64,000 bases of DNA from the NCBI GenBank assembly GCA_021739765.1, contig JAIPBD010000021.1:2453-66452 (forward strand), given 5' to 3'. The notes beneath the pieces are model-generated. The model was given only the letters and a program-made list of their open reading frames with translations, made no database searches and was not told the origin of the DNA. This document shows, piece by piece, positions 36,664-47,580 of this stretch. A program made the translations under genes and the position numbers. Each line of letters begins with the position of its first letter. Position 1 is the stretch's first letter. Source of the DNA: Melioribacteraceae bacterium (lineage in GTDB: Bacteria > Bacteroidota > Ignavibacteria > Ignavibacteriales > Melioribacteraceae).

Positions 36664-37566
36664 ATGAATTACAATCTGATAACCGTATTGGGTCCAACCG
36701 CCTGCGGTAAAACTACTTTGGCTGTCAGAATTGCGCAAAGATATTCAGCTGAAATTATCTCTGCGGATTCGAGACAAGTTTACAAAGGTATGGATATTGG
36801 AACCGGGAAGGATTTGCACGAGTTTGAAATCGATGGACAGAAGATCGATTATCACTTGATTGACGTTGCTGATCCTAAATCTGAATTTAACCTTTATCAA
36901 TTCCGTACACTTTTTTATGATGCTTTTGAACAAATAAATTTACGTAAGCGGAATGCGATTATGGTCGGAGGCAGCGGGCTCTATCTTTCTTCCATAATTC
37001 AAAATTACGAAATGATTGAAAAGGATTTGTCGAATTTTGATACATACAAAAATATGAGCACAGAAGAGTTAGCTGATATTCTGTTATCTAAAAAAACAAA
37101 TTTACATAATACAACTGATCTTATTTCAAGAGATAGAATATTAGAAGCATTAACAGTCGCAGAATCTAAATCAAAATCTAAATCTCACATCGATATAGTG
37201 TCGCTAAATATTGGAGTTAGATTTGATAGAGAAACAATAAAAAAAAGAATAACCCGACGATTAAAAACGCGTCTTAAAAATGGAATGATTGAAGAGGTCG
37301 AAAATCTTATAAATAGGGGCGTTTCGTTTGAACGAATGAAACTTTTTGGACTCGAATACAAATTTATCGCGCTTCATCTGAAAGGAGAACTTAATTATAA
37401 TGATATGTTCCAAAAATTAAACTCGGCCATTCATGCATTTGCAAAACGGCAAATGACATGGTTTCGCAAAATGGAAAGAGAGGGAGTTGAAATCAATTGG
37501 ATCGACGGAAGTAGTTTTGAGCAGTCGGTTGATTTGATTGAGAAAAAGTATTTTAAAACCAAATGA
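36664..37566 (+). CDS. miaA: tRNA dimethylallyltransferase
   Basis: P-loop GPTACGKT followed by ISADSRQVYKGMDIGTGK; full-length MiaA pattern. Confidence 0.9.
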   Translation: MNYNLITVLGPTACGKTTLAVRIAQRYSAEIISADSRQVYKGMDIGTGKDLHEFEIDGQKIDYHLIDVADPKSEFNLYQFRTLFYDAFEQINLRKRNAIMVGGSGLYLSSIIQNYEMIEKDLSNFDTYKNMSTEELADILLSKKTNLHNTTDLISRDRILEALTVAESKSKSKSHIDIVSLNIGVRFDRETIKKRITRRLKTRLKNGMIEEVENLINRGVSFERMKLFGLEYKFIALHLKGELNYNDMFQKLNSAIHAFAKRQMTWFRKMEREGVEINWIDGSSFEQSVDLIEKKYFKTK

Positions 37567-38882
37567 ACAAATACGGTTTAGAGGAAATATTAAAATCATC
37601 AGATTATCCCGACCAAGTCAAAAAATATTTCAAAAAATTTGGTATTTATAAATGGGAAATCGAATTAGACCGCTTGAGTAAGTACGATGTGATTACTGTC
37701 GTTCCGGCAATCGCGGAATTTGAAAATCTTCAAAAATTAATAAGCTCACTAAAAGGTAACAAATATCCGGAGAATTTTGATGTCCTGGTAATTTTTGTGA
37801 TCAATAATTCGGATTCGTGCCACCGACGTATTTTTGATGAAAACCAAAAAACAATCAGATATTTGTGGGAATTAATTGAAGAAGTTAGCCTATTCCAAAT
37901 AGCGATTGTCGACGCGAGTAGTGCTGATAGCGCAATAGTTGAGATTGATGCTGGTGTTGGTATAGCAAGAAAGATTGGTGCTGATTTTGCGCTTCTCTTG
38001 TTAAAAAATTTAAAAAGATCTGTTATCAGTTATCTTGATGCGGATTGTACCGTCACCGGCAATTATTTTGAAACACTTATCGAGATTTCTAAACAAGGCC
38101 AAGAAGCGTCAGGATTTTTTTCATTCAAGCACCGCACAAATTCCGATGAAATTCTTGATGACGCGATTATTTCGTATGAAATATTCCTGCGATATTATGT
38201 GCTGGCTTTGAAATATTCCGGATCTCCATATTCGTTCCATACCATTGGTTCAACCATTTTTTTTAATCCTTTGGTTTATATAAAAATTGGTGGGATGAAC
38301 AAACGCAAAGCCGGGGAAGATTTTTATTTTACTCAGAAGCTCGCGAAAATTGTTGGTTTCAATGAAATAAAGGAAGCACAAATTTATCCCGATTCCAGAT
38401 CAAGTTGGCGTGTTCCGTTTGGTACGGGCAAAGCTCTCACCTCAATGAAAGAAAAATCAAGTATCAATTACGAACTTTATGATATAAAAAATTTTGATAT
38501 ATTAAAGTTATGGTTAGAAATTTTAGAATCACCTTTCAATAAAAATGCTGAAGAAATATTAGAACAATCCAAAAGTGTGAGTGTTGAGCTCTCTGAATTT
38601 TTAGCGATGAATGATTTTGCTAATTCATTCAATAAAATTGCAAATAATTCAAAATCTGCGACGCAGTTGAGTTTTCAAAAAAAAATATGGTTTGATGGTT
38701 TTAAAACTTTCAAACTGATTCATTTTTTGCGTGACAAAATTTATCCAAACCGACCAATGTTTGAGATGATTGACGAATTGTTAGTCCGGTGCAAAATTGA
38801 TAAATCGTTTGAAAGAAAGGATGAAATTCCATCAAAGGAAGTGAGGCTGCAATATTTGGAAATCCTTAGAAAACACGGTTAA
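37563..38882 (+). CDS. Probable family-2-like glycosyltransferase
   Basis: VVPAIAEFENL (GT-A N-terminus), a YLDADC DxD-like motif, and GEDFYF. Overlaps the miaA stop. Confidence 0.5.
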   Translation: MNKYGLEEILKSSDYPDQVKKYFKKFGIYKWEIELDRLSKYDVITVVPAIAEFENLQKLISSLKGNKYPENFDVLVIFVINNSDSCHRRIFDENQKTIRYLWELIEEVSLFQIAIVDASSADSAIVEIDAGVGIARKIGADFALLLLKNLKRSVISYLDADCTVTGNYFETLIEISKQGQEASGFFSFKHRTNSDEILDDAIISYEIFLRYYVLALKYSGSPYSFHTIGSTIFFNPLVYIKIGGMNKRKAGEDFYFTQKLAKIVGFNEIKEAQIYPDSRSSWRVPFGTGKALTSMKEKSSINYELYDIKNFDILKLWLEILESPFNKNAEEILEQSKSVSVELSEFLAMNDFANSFNKIANNSKSATQLSFQKKIWFDGFKTFKLIHFLRDKIYPNRPMFEMIDELLVRCKIDKSFERKDEIPSKEVRLQYLEILRKHG

Positions 38883-38941
38883 ATAGTAAACAGATTCTTA
38901 GAATCGACTTTGGTATATTTGAATTCTAAACTGGAGAATAA

Positions 38942-40018
38942 ATGGAATTCGTTGGAAAATTAGAAGAAATTAAGCGAAAATATGAAAAAATTACCGAGAG
39001 TCTTTCCGATCCCGAAATAGTTTCTGATCAAAAAAGGTATGTTTCTTTAAGCAAAGAAAGAAGTTCCCTCGAAGAAATTGTAAACGTTTTTAATGAATAT
39101 GTGGAAGTAACGAGCAACATTGAAGGAAATAAAGAAGTAATTCAATCGGCGGAAGATAAAGAAATAAAAGAGTTTGCGGAAATTGAATTAGATGAATTGA
39201 TTTCCAGACAAAAAGAGATCGAAGAAGAAATCAAAGTTTTGTTAATTCCAAAGGACCCGAATGATGATAAGGGCGTAATTTTGGAAATTAGAGCGGGGAC
39301 AGGCGGAGATGAAGCCGGGATTTTTGCCGGAGATCTTTATCGAATGTATACTCGTTATGCTGAAAACCGTGGATGGACTATCGAACTGATTGATCTCAAT
39401 GAATCAAACCATGGTGGGATAAAAGAGGCCGTATTGTCTTTGAGCGGTGAGGGAGTTTTTGGTGACATGAAGTTCGAAAGTGGTGTTCATCGTGTTCAGA
39501 GAGTTCCTTTCACGGAAGCGAGTGGGCGCGTTCACACATCGGCAGCTTCGGTTGCAGTTATGCCGGAAGTGGAGGATGTAGAGGTTGAAGTAGATCAGAA
39601 TGACTTAAGAATTGATGTTTTTAGGAGTGGCGGCGCCGGCGGACAAAATGTTAATAAAGTGGAAACAGCCATAAGAATCACACATATTCCCACGGGATTG
39701 GTCGTTCAATGCCAGGACGAACGTTCGCAGTTAAAAAATCGCCAAAAAGCAATGAAAGTACTAAATGCCAGGTTGTACGATTTGGAATTACAAAAACACA
39801 ATTCGGAACTTGCCGCTCAGAGAAAATCAATGGTGAAAAGTGGCGATAGAAGTGATAAAATAAGAACGTACAATTTCCCTCAGAATCGGGTTACAGACCA
39901 CAGAATTGGGTTGACCCTTTATAGTCTAACAAATATTATGGAGGGTGATCTTGATGAAATGGTGGAGAAACTTAAAATTGCGGACAAGACTGAAAAACTA
40001 AAAGAGGATACAAACTAG
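38942..40018 (+). CDS. prfA: Peptide chain release factor 1
   Basis: GGQ motif SGGAGGQNVNKVETA and RF1-type PxT tripeptide (RVQRVPFTEASGRVHTS). Confidence 0.95.
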   Translation: MEFVGKLEEIKRKYEKITESLSDPEIVSDQKRYVSLSKERSSLEEIVNVFNEYVEVTSNIEGNKEVIQSAEDKEIKEFAEIELDELISRQKEIEEEIKVLLIPKDPNDDKGVILEIRAGTGGDEAGIFAGDLYRMYTRYAENRGWTIELIDLNESNHGGIKEAVLSLSGEGVFGDMKFESGVHRVQRVPFTEASGRVHTSAASVAVMPEVEDVEVEVDQNDLRIDVFRSGGAGGQNVNKVETAIRITHIPTGLVVQCQDERSQLKNRQKAMKVLNARLYDLELQKHNSELAAQRKSMVKSGDRSDKIRTYNFPQNRVTDHRIGLTLYSLTNIMEGDLDEMVEKLKIADKTEKLKEDTN

Positions 40019-40221
40019 ATTTTTTTGAATTTCTCCAAAAATTTCATCAAAAACATTAATATGAATCCTATAAAACCTAACAATATGTCGGTAAAGGTAA
40101 TGTCGATTGATTCAGCTCCGGTTACCCAATATCCGATTAGTTTGGTAAACATGATAACGGCTAAAAAGAGGAGAAAACCACCTAGACCTGCTTTGCCAGG
40201 TTCTAATATATTCTTTTTCAT
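40015..40221 (-). CDS. Small two-TM membrane protein (hypothetical)
   Basis: 68 aa with two clear hydrophobic helices. No homolog recognised. Confidence 0.35.
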   Translation of the reverse strand: MKKNILEPGKAGLGGFLLFLAVIMFTKLIGYWVTGAESIDITFTDILLGFIGFILMFLMKFLEKFKKI

Positions 40222-40422
40222 AAAATTCTCCGATACTATGTCTGTTAATTAACTAAAAATATTAATGCCAAACTGTGATGTCGGGCATATGTTATAGGCT
40301 TAGCTGGCTGATTAATTTAATTAACAATGACAACATAATAGGAAAAGCTTAAAATATCAACATCTTTTTAGAAGTTTTACAATATGTGACACAAAATTAA
40401 TAATTATGTAATATTAACAAAA

Positions 40423-42756
40423 ATGAAATTAATACCGCTCTACATCCTTTTTTTTACTGCTCAAATATTGTCAGCGCAAAATGATGAATCAACATTTGTG
40501 TTCGACGATTCACAAATAACTGAAATTCGAATTCTTGTTGATTCTTCTATTGTGGAGTATCTGTTCGATTCGCGGAATGCTCAAAGTGATTCTATGCATT
40601 ATTGCTCCATCAGTTTTAAAAATAGATTAATAAACGAAAAAGTTGATTCGGTCGGAATCAGATTAAGGGGAAATACTTCGCGAAATTCAGCTAAGAAATC
40701 GTTCAAACTTTCTTTTAACACTTTCAAAAACGGCGGAGAATTTTACGGACTCGAAAAGCTGAATATAAACGGGGAACATAATGATCCATCAATTGTACGC
40801 GCAAAATTAAGCTGGGATCTTTTCGAAGAGATAGGAATGATTGCCCCTCGTTCAAATCATGTTGCCCTCTATATCAATAACCGATACTATGGTTTATATA
40901 TTAATGTTGAACATATCGACGAAGTTTTTGTTGAGAGGAATTATGAAGATTATAAGGGAAATCTATGGAAATGCCTCTATCAAAATACTCCGGCAAATTT
41001 GAAATACCTGGGGAATAACCTCTCCTCGTACGAGCACAGTTATGCTTTAAAAACCAACAGGGAGGATTATGACTACACCCGGTTAATGCAGCTTATCGAA
41101 ATTAGTAATTCACAATCCAACCAAATTTTTAAAGACGGAATTGAGGAGATTTTAAATACAAAAGAATTTTTGCAATATCTCGCAATGAATTTGTTACTTG
41201 GGAGCTGGGATGATTACAGATATATCCACAATAATTATTATTTGTATTTCGACCCGGGGCAACAGAAAATTAGATGGATCCCTTACGATTATGACAACAC
41301 TTTCGGTATAGATTGGTTTGGTGAAGATTGGGCACTTGTCGATCCGTATAATTATCCGATTTTTAATCGAACGGAACAACCGTTGTCAGATAAATTGCTC
41401 AAGATCCCCGAATATAAAAATCTCTACACACATTTTATTGAATTCTACAATTCCGCTGTTTTTGATCTTAGTTTATGGCAAGATAGGATTGATACTCTGA
41501 AATCGTTAATCACACCATTCGCGGAAATTGATGAAATTAGGCAATTGGATTACGGGTTTACTTCAAGCGATTTTCATAATTCATTTACAGATGGTTTTTA
41601 CAGTAACCAGCATGTAAAAAGAGGAATAAAAAGTTTTATTAAAAACCGCAACAGCTCCGTAAAACAACAATTAAAATATGAAGCAGCAAAACCAACTGTT
41701 TATGAGTTTAATTATGAACCAAAAATTCCGGGTCCGAATGACAGTATATACGTTTATGCATCAATTTACAGCAGTTCTGATCTTACAAAACAGGTTGTTG
41801 AATACAATCCCGGATTGCTGACAGTCGTGGAAGAATATCAGCTTGAGTGGAAACCGATTCAGAACAGCAAACTTGTAGAAGAAAATGATCGGTACTTGGC
41901 AGTTATTCCACCCATTGGTGAAGGCGGATTCGGAAATTTCAGAATTATGCTGAAAAATTCTGATGGATTTGAAACTCGTTATCCTGCTGATGATTTTATA
42001 AATATCACCGCTCCCGAAATAATTGAGGAAGGGTTAAAAATCAATGAATTTTTGGCTTCTAATAATTCGGGGATTATCGATGAAAATGGGTTGAATGAAG
42101 ATTGGATTGAACTTTATAATAATTCGTCGGAAGCAATTCCACTATTTGGAATTTATTTGACAGATGATCCGGCAAATAATACGAAATGGCAATTTACTGC
42201 CAACGATACTTTAGCTCCGGGTTCATTTTTAACTCTTTGGGCTGATGATGATGAAGAAGAAGGTTTGTACCACACGAATTTTAGATTGGATAAAGATGGT
42301 GAGTTTATTGCGATTTATTCAGGCGACGGAATTACAGTCCTCGATTCTATTTCGTTCGGTTCCCAATCGGATGATATTTCTTTCGGACGAACTCCCGACG
42401 GATCAAATACCTGGAATTTTTTAACTCCTTCACCTGGCGAACCTAATTTAATTACTTCCGCTAAAACCGGTCTTCTTCCCACTTCATTTGATGTTGCTGT
42501 TTATCCTAATCCGTTTAATCCCGAAACAAATATTCAATTTAGTTTAACGTCCCCCGGATTGGTGGAATTTCGACTTTTTAATGTTTTGGGCGAATCAATT
42601 TTCGAGCATCAAAATATTTATGAATCGGCTGGAACGTTTACATTCCGGCTAAATTTAAATTCAAGTGAGTTTTCGAATCTAAGCTCAGGCATGTACTTTT
42701 TGAATGTTACAAATCAACGAAATTCGAAATTTTTAAAACTGATATATCTAAAATGA
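40423..42756 (+). CDS. Secreted CotH-family protein with lamin-tail domain and T9SS C-terminal sorting domain
   Basis: Signal peptide, CotH-like core (NINGEHNDPS..LGSWDDY), LTD (INEFLASNN..DWIELYN), and a C-terminal VYPNPFNPETNIQF...GMYFLNV sorting domain. Confidence 0.8.
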   Translation: MKLIPLYILFFTAQILSAQNDESTFVFDDSQITEIRILVDSSIVEYLFDSRNAQSDSMHYCSISFKNRLINEKVDSVGIRLRGNTSRNSAKKSFKLSFNTFKNGGEFYGLEKLNINGEHNDPSIVRAKLSWDLFEEIGMIAPRSNHVALYINNRYYGLYINVEHIDEVFVERNYEDYKGNLWKCLYQNTPANLKYLGNNLSSYEHSYALKTNREDYDYTRLMQLIEISNSQSNQIFKDGIEEILNTKEFLQYLAMNLLLGSWDDYRYIHNNYYLYFDPGQQKIRWIPYDYDNTFGIDWFGEDWALVDPYNYPIFNRTEQPLSDKLLKIPEYKNLYTHFIEFYNSAVFDLSLWQDRIDTLKSLITPFAEIDEIRQLDYGFTSSDFHNSFTDGFYSNQHVKRGIKSFIKNRNSSVKQQLKYEAAKPTVYEFNYEPKIPGPNDSIYVYASIYSSSDLTKQVVEYNPGLLTVVEEYQLEWKPIQNSKLVEENDRYLAVIPPIGEGGFGNFRIMLKNSDGFETRYPADDFINITAPEIIEEGLKINEFLASNNSGIIDENGLNEDWIELYNNSSEAIPLFGIYLTDDPANNTKWQFTANDTLAPGSFLTLWADDDEEEGLYHTNFRLDKDGEFIAIYSGDGITVLDSISFGSQSDDISFGRTPDGSNTWNFLTPSPGEPNLITSAKTGLLPTSFDVAVYPNPFNPETNIQFSLTSPGLVEFRLFNVLGESIFEHQNIYESAGTFTFRLNLNSSEFSNLSSGMYFLNVTNQRNSKFLKLIYLK

Positions 42757-43394
42757 TAAAACATCAAAATATTATATGGGATTGGAACGGAACATTATTT
42801 AATGATGCCGAATTATGTATGGACATTATGAATGTTCTTTTGCGAGCTTATGGCAGAACGGAGATCTCATTTGAGAGATACAGATCGATTTTTACTTTTC
42901 CACTTATTCATTATTATAAAGCAGCCGGTCATGATATCTCGAATGGTAATTTTGAAAAAGTAGGAGCCGAATTTATTGATCATTATGAAAAAAGAAAATA
43001 TGAAGCTGAGCTGCATCATGGAGTAAAGGAAATATTAGAACTATTTCAATCCAAAGGGAAAAAGCAATATATGCTTTCTGCTTATACCCACGAACATCTT
43101 GAAAAATTATTAGAACATTACGGCATTGCTGATTATTTTGAGAATATACAGGGGAACGATAATATTTATGCTGACGGAAAAATGAATCTCGCAAAGCAAA
43201 TGATTGAAAAGATTGGTGATCGCAATTCGATAATTATGATAGGTGATACATTGCATGATTATGAGATTGCGGAGGAATTTGGAGTCCGGTGTTGTATTTC
43301 AACTTCGGGTCATCAATCGGAGGAGAGATTTGTCAATACAAGCGCCGAACTGGTTCCTTCAATCTCAAGTCTGATTGCTGAAGAAGATAATTGA
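42753..43394 (+). CDS. HAD-superfamily phosphatase
   Basis: Motif I IIWDWNGTL and motif IV IGDTLHD. Confidence 0.8.
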   Translation: MIKHQNIIWDWNGTLFNDAELCMDIMNVLLRAYGRTEISFERYRSIFTFPLIHYYKAAGHDISNGNFEKVGAEFIDHYEKRKYEAELHHGVKEILELFQSKGKKQYMLSAYTHEHLEKLLEHYGIADYFENIQGNDNIYADGKMNLAKQMIEKIGDRNSIIMIGDTLHDYEIAEEFGVRCCISTSGHQSEERFVNTSAELVPSISSLIAEEDN

Positions 43395-43465
43395 GAGTCT
43401 CTAACTTTAATGAAACTGATTCGTCTAATTTTATAAATTAGCGCTACAGGTTTTGGAAAAATGAA

Positions 43466-43831
43466 ATGATCAGACTACCTTTTTATATCGAAAGGATGAT
43501 TAAAATTAGTCTTTCTGTCAGGCTTGAATTGTTTTTATGGATAGGAGCTTTAATCTACCTTTTTAGCATTAATCCTTATTCCGAAGCTCATTTGAATTTA
43601 TGTTTTTATAATCTTGTTGGATTTGAAAGTTGCCCGGGATGCGGTTTGGGCAAATCAGTTTCGTTATTGTTTACCGGTGAGTTTTATGATTCCTTCGGGC
43701 AGCACTGGTTGGGTCTCCCGGCATTGCTATTGATAGTGCATCGGATAGCGGTACTTGCCTTAAAAAGTATCGATCAACTTTATAAATATGGAGTAATAAA
43801 TTATGGCAAACATATTAGAAATGTTACCTGA
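43466..43831 (+). CDS. DUF2752-like membrane protein
   Basis: CPGCGLGKS between TM helices. Confidence 0.55.
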   Translation: MIRLPFYIERMIKISLSVRLELFLWIGALIYLFSINPYSEAHLNLCFYNLVGFESCPGCGLGKSVSLLFTGEFYDSFGQHWLGLPALLLIVHRIAVLALKSIDQLYKYGVINYGKHIRNVT

Positions 43832-44147
43832 ATTAATGGGCGAAGAACAAGCAATCGTCAGCTCGTTAATAAGAGATCTTGATGATGAGAAGGCAAGGCA
43901 ATTTGCAAACGTATATCGTGTGCGAAGAAAAGATCCGCAAACCATTCTTTTATTAACTCTTGTTGGATTTCTCGGGATTGCGGGAATTCAAAGATTTATC
44001 GTTGACCAGATTGGCTTGGGAATTTTATATGTTCTGACCGGCGGCTTATGTTTGATAGGTACGATTGTCGATCTTATTAATTATAAAAATATTGCGTTGG
44101 ATTATAATCAAGTCCAAGCTCAGCAGATTTATTCGATGATAAAATAG
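43803..44147 (+). CDS. TM2-domain membrane protein
   Basis: LLLTLVGFLGIAGIQRF..GILYVLTGGLCLIGTIVDL is the TM2 double-helix pattern. Confidence 0.7.
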   Translation: MANILEMLPELMGEEQAIVSSLIRDLDDEKARQFANVYRVRRKDPQTILLLTLVGFLGIAGIQRFIVDQIGLGILYVLTGGLCLIGTIVDLINYKNIALDYNQVQAQQIYSMIK

Positions 44148-44165
44148 ATTGTTGATATTTCTATT

Positions 44166-44207
44166 CGGGAAGATTATTTCAGCAGCAGAAATAATCTTCC
44201 CGTTTTT
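44166..44207 (+). terminator. Rho-independent terminator (15-bp stem)
   Basis: cgggaagattatttc-agcagca-gaaataatcttcccg followed by ttttt. Lies between convergent genes. Confidence 0.8.
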
Positions 44208-44208
44208 A

Positions 44209-44847
44209 TTATTGAATTTTTAGAATATCTCTTAAAATTGGTCTCAATCCCGCGATCAAAAATTCTACTGCAATTACCATTACAATCAAACCCATTAATC
44301 TTAACAACACTTTATTCCCATTTTCGCCAAGAAATTTTTTAATTGATTTTGCTCCAATTAAACCGAATAATTCGATTGTTAGAATTAAAACGATTACTGA
44401 GATAAGGACCGCAACCATTTCCGGTGATTTTGCATCGTTGTATAATACAATCGCCACTGTAATTGCTCCCGGACCGCAAATCATAGGAATCGCAAGCGGG
44501 GTAATCGCAATATCTTCCGCATATTCTTTTACAGATTCGGCTTCAGTTTTAGTGCGAATTAATCGAGCCTGAAGCATATCGTACCCGACCATAAGGAAAA
44601 TGATTCCACCAACAATTCTTAAACCATCAACCGAAATACCAAAAAGCTTAAAGATAAAATTACCGGTAAACGCGAATACAAGTAGTATGATTAAAGCGGT
44701 AATTACGGCTTTAACTGCAATCCGGTTTTGTGTTTGACTGTCCAATCCCTTGGTCATAGTCAAATAAACCGGAGTAATCCCGAGCGGATTTATCATTGTG
44801 AACAAAGATGTAAACGCAAGTAATCCAAATTCTATAAGTTCGTTCAT
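44209..44847 (-). CDS. MarC-family (UPF0056) membrane protein
   Basis: 212 aa, 6 TM helices, N-terminal FTMINPLGITPVY motif. Confidence 0.8.
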   Translation of the reverse strand: MNELIEFGLLAFTSLFTMINPLGITPVYLTMTKGLDSQTQNRIAVKAVITALIILLVFAFTGNFIFKLFGISVDGLRIVGGIIFLMVGYDMLQARLIRTKTEAESVKEYAEDIAITPLAIPMICGPGAITVAIVLYNDAKSPEMVAVLISVIVLILTIELFGLIGAKSIKKFLGENGNKVLLRLMGLIVMVIAVEFLIAGLRPILRDILKIQ

Positions 44848-44848
44848 A

Positions 44849-46123
44849 CTATTCCAATTCTACTTTTAAAATAACCGGCTCTGATAATATTAATGAGCGG
44901 TCTAATATTCCTTCACGATTAAATTTGTTCCAATTGCTGTTAGCGACATAATAAAAATCAGATCCGACGAAAACGCCGAGGGTCGGATCATCAAAATAGC
45001 GGTGGTTCGAATCGATTATTTCCCAATCGGTAACTTCGGTTCCTGAATCATTTAGTCCCATTTTAATCAATCTATTGGGATTAACTCCATTTTGAATCGC
45101 CAGCAATTGATTATTATAAAAGTATAATCCATCAATTCCAAGAGTTGTTAAATCGTCAGGTGTTTTAATCCGAGTCCTTTTTGAAGAAGTAATATCCAAT
45201 TTATAAATTCCGGTTGTGTAATCGGCAAAGTAGAGAGTTCTCTCATCAGCGAAATCTAATCCTTGCAAAGAGTAAATTTCATTGCCCGTATGTAAAAGGT
45301 CGAGTAAATTATCCGCTTCATTAACTGTATACAAATTATTTGATTTACTATCAGAAACCACAACGGTACCATTTTTAGCAATAACCAAATCCCCGAAAAT
45401 GTGGGCAAGAGAATCGTTGGCAGAATATTCGGCTATCAAATTTTGACTGTCTAAATCAAACCTCATTACTTTAGATTTCCCAAGTTTCGTTGTATCAACA
45501 TCAAAAGTTTGTTTAATCGCGGAGGCACAAACCCAAAGCTCCCGTTTTTGATTATTGATTTTCATTCCAAGTAAACTCCACGCATTTCCATGTTCCGGCT
45601 CGTAAAACAATTTCAAAGAATCGTTTTTAATTGAAACAATTTTTCCTTTGTGAACAGAACTTAAATAAAATGTATTATGCTTTCTATCGAACGCAACACT
45701 TTCCGGAACAAAATCATCCTCACTAAAACCGGCAATTTTTTTACTTTTTTCAACCGGAATAGTATTTTGATTAAAACCCGAAACTAAAGACTTAAATCCG
45801 TCGTTCTCGAAAATGGAAATGAAATCTGAATCGTTCACTGCGGGAAAATATAATTTCATATCAACAACTCTTGATAAATAAACAAGAGCCGAATCAACTT
45901 CGTTATTTAATGCAAAACCGGCAGCGATATTATAAAGCAATCTTGGATGGTTTGGGCGGTATCTTTCAGCCAATTTTATCTCGATTAAGAATCTTGGATG
46001 GTCTTTACTCAAATAGCTGTTTACTGCCTTTCGGTAATAATCGTTGGATTTTTCCACGTCGAACTTTTGTGAGAATAAGACGGAAGAGGAAAAAAGAAGC
46101 AGTAAAAATGATTTTTTTAACAT
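44849..46123 (-). CDS. Secreted protein, N-terminal helical repeats plus six-bladed beta-propeller-like (SGL/strictosidine-synthase-like) region
   Basis: Signal peptide. Repeated blade-like segments (PESVAFD..FYLSS, LYFADYTTGIYKLD, GIDGLYFYNN). Confidence 0.45.
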   Translation of the reverse strand: MLKKSFLLLLFSSSVLFSQKFDVEKSNDYYRKAVNSYLSKDHPRFLIEIKLAERYRPNHPRLLYNIAAGFALNNEVDSALVYLSRVVDMKLYFPAVNDSDFISIFENDGFKSLVSGFNQNTIPVEKSKKIAGFSEDDFVPESVAFDRKHNTFYLSSVHKGKIVSIKNDSLKLFYEPEHGNAWSLLGMKINNQKRELWVCASAIKQTFDVDTTKLGKSKVMRFDLDSQNLIAEYSANDSLAHIFGDLVIAKNGTVVVSDSKSNNLYTVNEADNLLDLLHTGNEIYSLQGLDFADERTLYFADYTTGIYKLDITSSKRTRIKTPDDLTTLGIDGLYFYNNQLLAIQNGVNPNRLIKMGLNDSGTEVTDWEIIDSNHRYFDDPTLGVFVGSDFYYVANSNWNKFNREGILDRSLILSEPVILKVELE

Positions 46124-47580
46124 TCGAATTCATTCTCCAATTTTTGTGCTTCAGATAATAACAATTCCCAAGCCGATTCAACATGCCTTTTTTCTGTCCT
46201 AATTCCAGAAACTACAACCCGGATAAAATAAAGATCATTTATTTTTGTGCCGGTCAGAAATAATTTGCCGCTTTTATTGATCCGATCTACAAGATTTTTA
46301 TTGAATTGATTGAGAGTTTCCTCATAAGTATTATTTGGAAAATATCGGAAACACACTGTACTAAAAGTTACCGGTGCGAACAATTTAGTTTTGGGATGCG
46401 TTTTCACCTTTTCTTCAAACCACTTTGCCGAAGCAATATGATTAGAAATTATCAACTTCAAACCTTCCAAACCAAAATAACGAAATACAAACCATAATTT
46501 AATTGCTCTTAATCGTCTTCCGAGAGGAACTCCGTAATCCATTAAATTTGTAATTTCATCACCGCCTTCGGTTTTAAGGTATTCGGGAACAAGACTAAAA
46601 GCCCGTTTTAGTATACTGCGATTTTTGATATACAACGCGCTAAAATCAATCGGTACGAAAAACCATTTGTGTGGATTTATGACGATAGAATCGGCGGATT
46701 CAGATCCATCGAATAAATTTTTATACTCGTCCAAAATTGCTGTAACTCCGGCATGCGCGGCGTCAACGTGATGCCAGATATCATATTTTTTAGAAATCGC
46801 ACTGATTTGTTTCACCGGATCAACGCTTGTTGTTGCGGTTGTGCCAATCGTGGAAACAACACAAAACGGAAGTTCACCATTTTTAATATCAATTTTTATC
46901 TGTTTTTCCAATTCTTCCGGAATCATTTCGAATCTGTCGTTTACGGGGATGTGAGAAATTCCATCCATTCCGATTCCAAGTGTAAGACAAGCTTTATCGA
47001 TTGAGGAATGGGCTTGCGTGGAACAATACAATTTCAATTTCGGAAGGTCTTTTCTGCCTGTCATTCCTTTTTCGCGAATTTCGAGACCCGGAATATTTTC
47101 CCTTGCAGCGGCTATCGCGTGCATTGAACTGACAGAAGCGGTATCGTAAACAACACCCCAAAATTCTTTTGAAATACGAAGCGAATCGCGAAACCAAGCG
47201 AGAACTTTCTCCTCAAGTTCAGCAACTGCAGGGGATGACATCCAAACCATTCCATTAACGTTGTAGGTTGCCGCGATAAGTTCGGCAAGAATTCCGGGTG
47301 CGCTTCCTGAAGAATTAAAATAAGCCATAAAATTTGGATGCGCCCAATGAGTAATTCCCGGAGTAATAATTTTATCAAGATCAGAAATAATTTCATCGAA
47401 ACTTTCTCCATCTAACGGCGGAGAGTTTGGAATTTTATCTTTTACATCTCCCGGTTTTATTTGTGACATAACCGGAAGTGATTCCAATCCCTCAAAATAG
47501 TTTGCGGCCCATCTGAGAACTTGTTCTCCGTTTGAAATAAATTCATCATAATTCATATCGCGATTTCTGATTTTATTCAT
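46117..47580 (-). CDS. Group II PLP-dependent aromatic-L-amino-acid/tyrosine decarboxylase
   Basis: HVDAAHAG and the NPHKW lysine motif; full-length DDC/TDC-type pattern. Confidence 0.85.
   Translation of the reverse strand: MNKIRNRDMNYDEFISNGEQVLRWAANYFEGLESLPVMSQIKPGDVKDKIPNSPPLDGESFDEIISDLDKIITPGITHWAHPNFMAYFNSSGSAPGILAELIAATYNVNGMVWMSSPAVAELEEKVLAWFRDSLRISKEFWGVVYDTASVSSMHAIAAARENIPGLEIREKGMTGRKDLPKLKLYCSTQAHSSIDKACLTLGIGMDGISHIPVNDRFEMIPEELEKQIKIDIKNGELPFCVVSTIGTTATTSVDPVKQISAISKKYDIWHHVDAAHAGVTAILDEYKNLFDGSESADSIVINPHKWFFVPIDFSALYIKNRSILKRAFSLVPEYLKTEGGDEITNLMDYGVPLGRRLRAIKLWFVFRYFGLEGLKLIISNHIASAKWFEEKVKTHPKTKLFAPVTFSTVCFRYFPNNTYEETLNQFNKNLVDRINKSGKLFLTGTKINDLYFIRVVVSGIRTEKRHVESAWELLLSEAQKLENEFEC

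Noticed and set aside
45004-45013. ggttcgaatc, a tRNA T-loop-like decamer
   Set aside because: It lies inside a long minus-strand CDS. No acceptor or anticodon stem can be built from the flanking sequence. I found no tRNA or rRNA genes elsewhere in the window.
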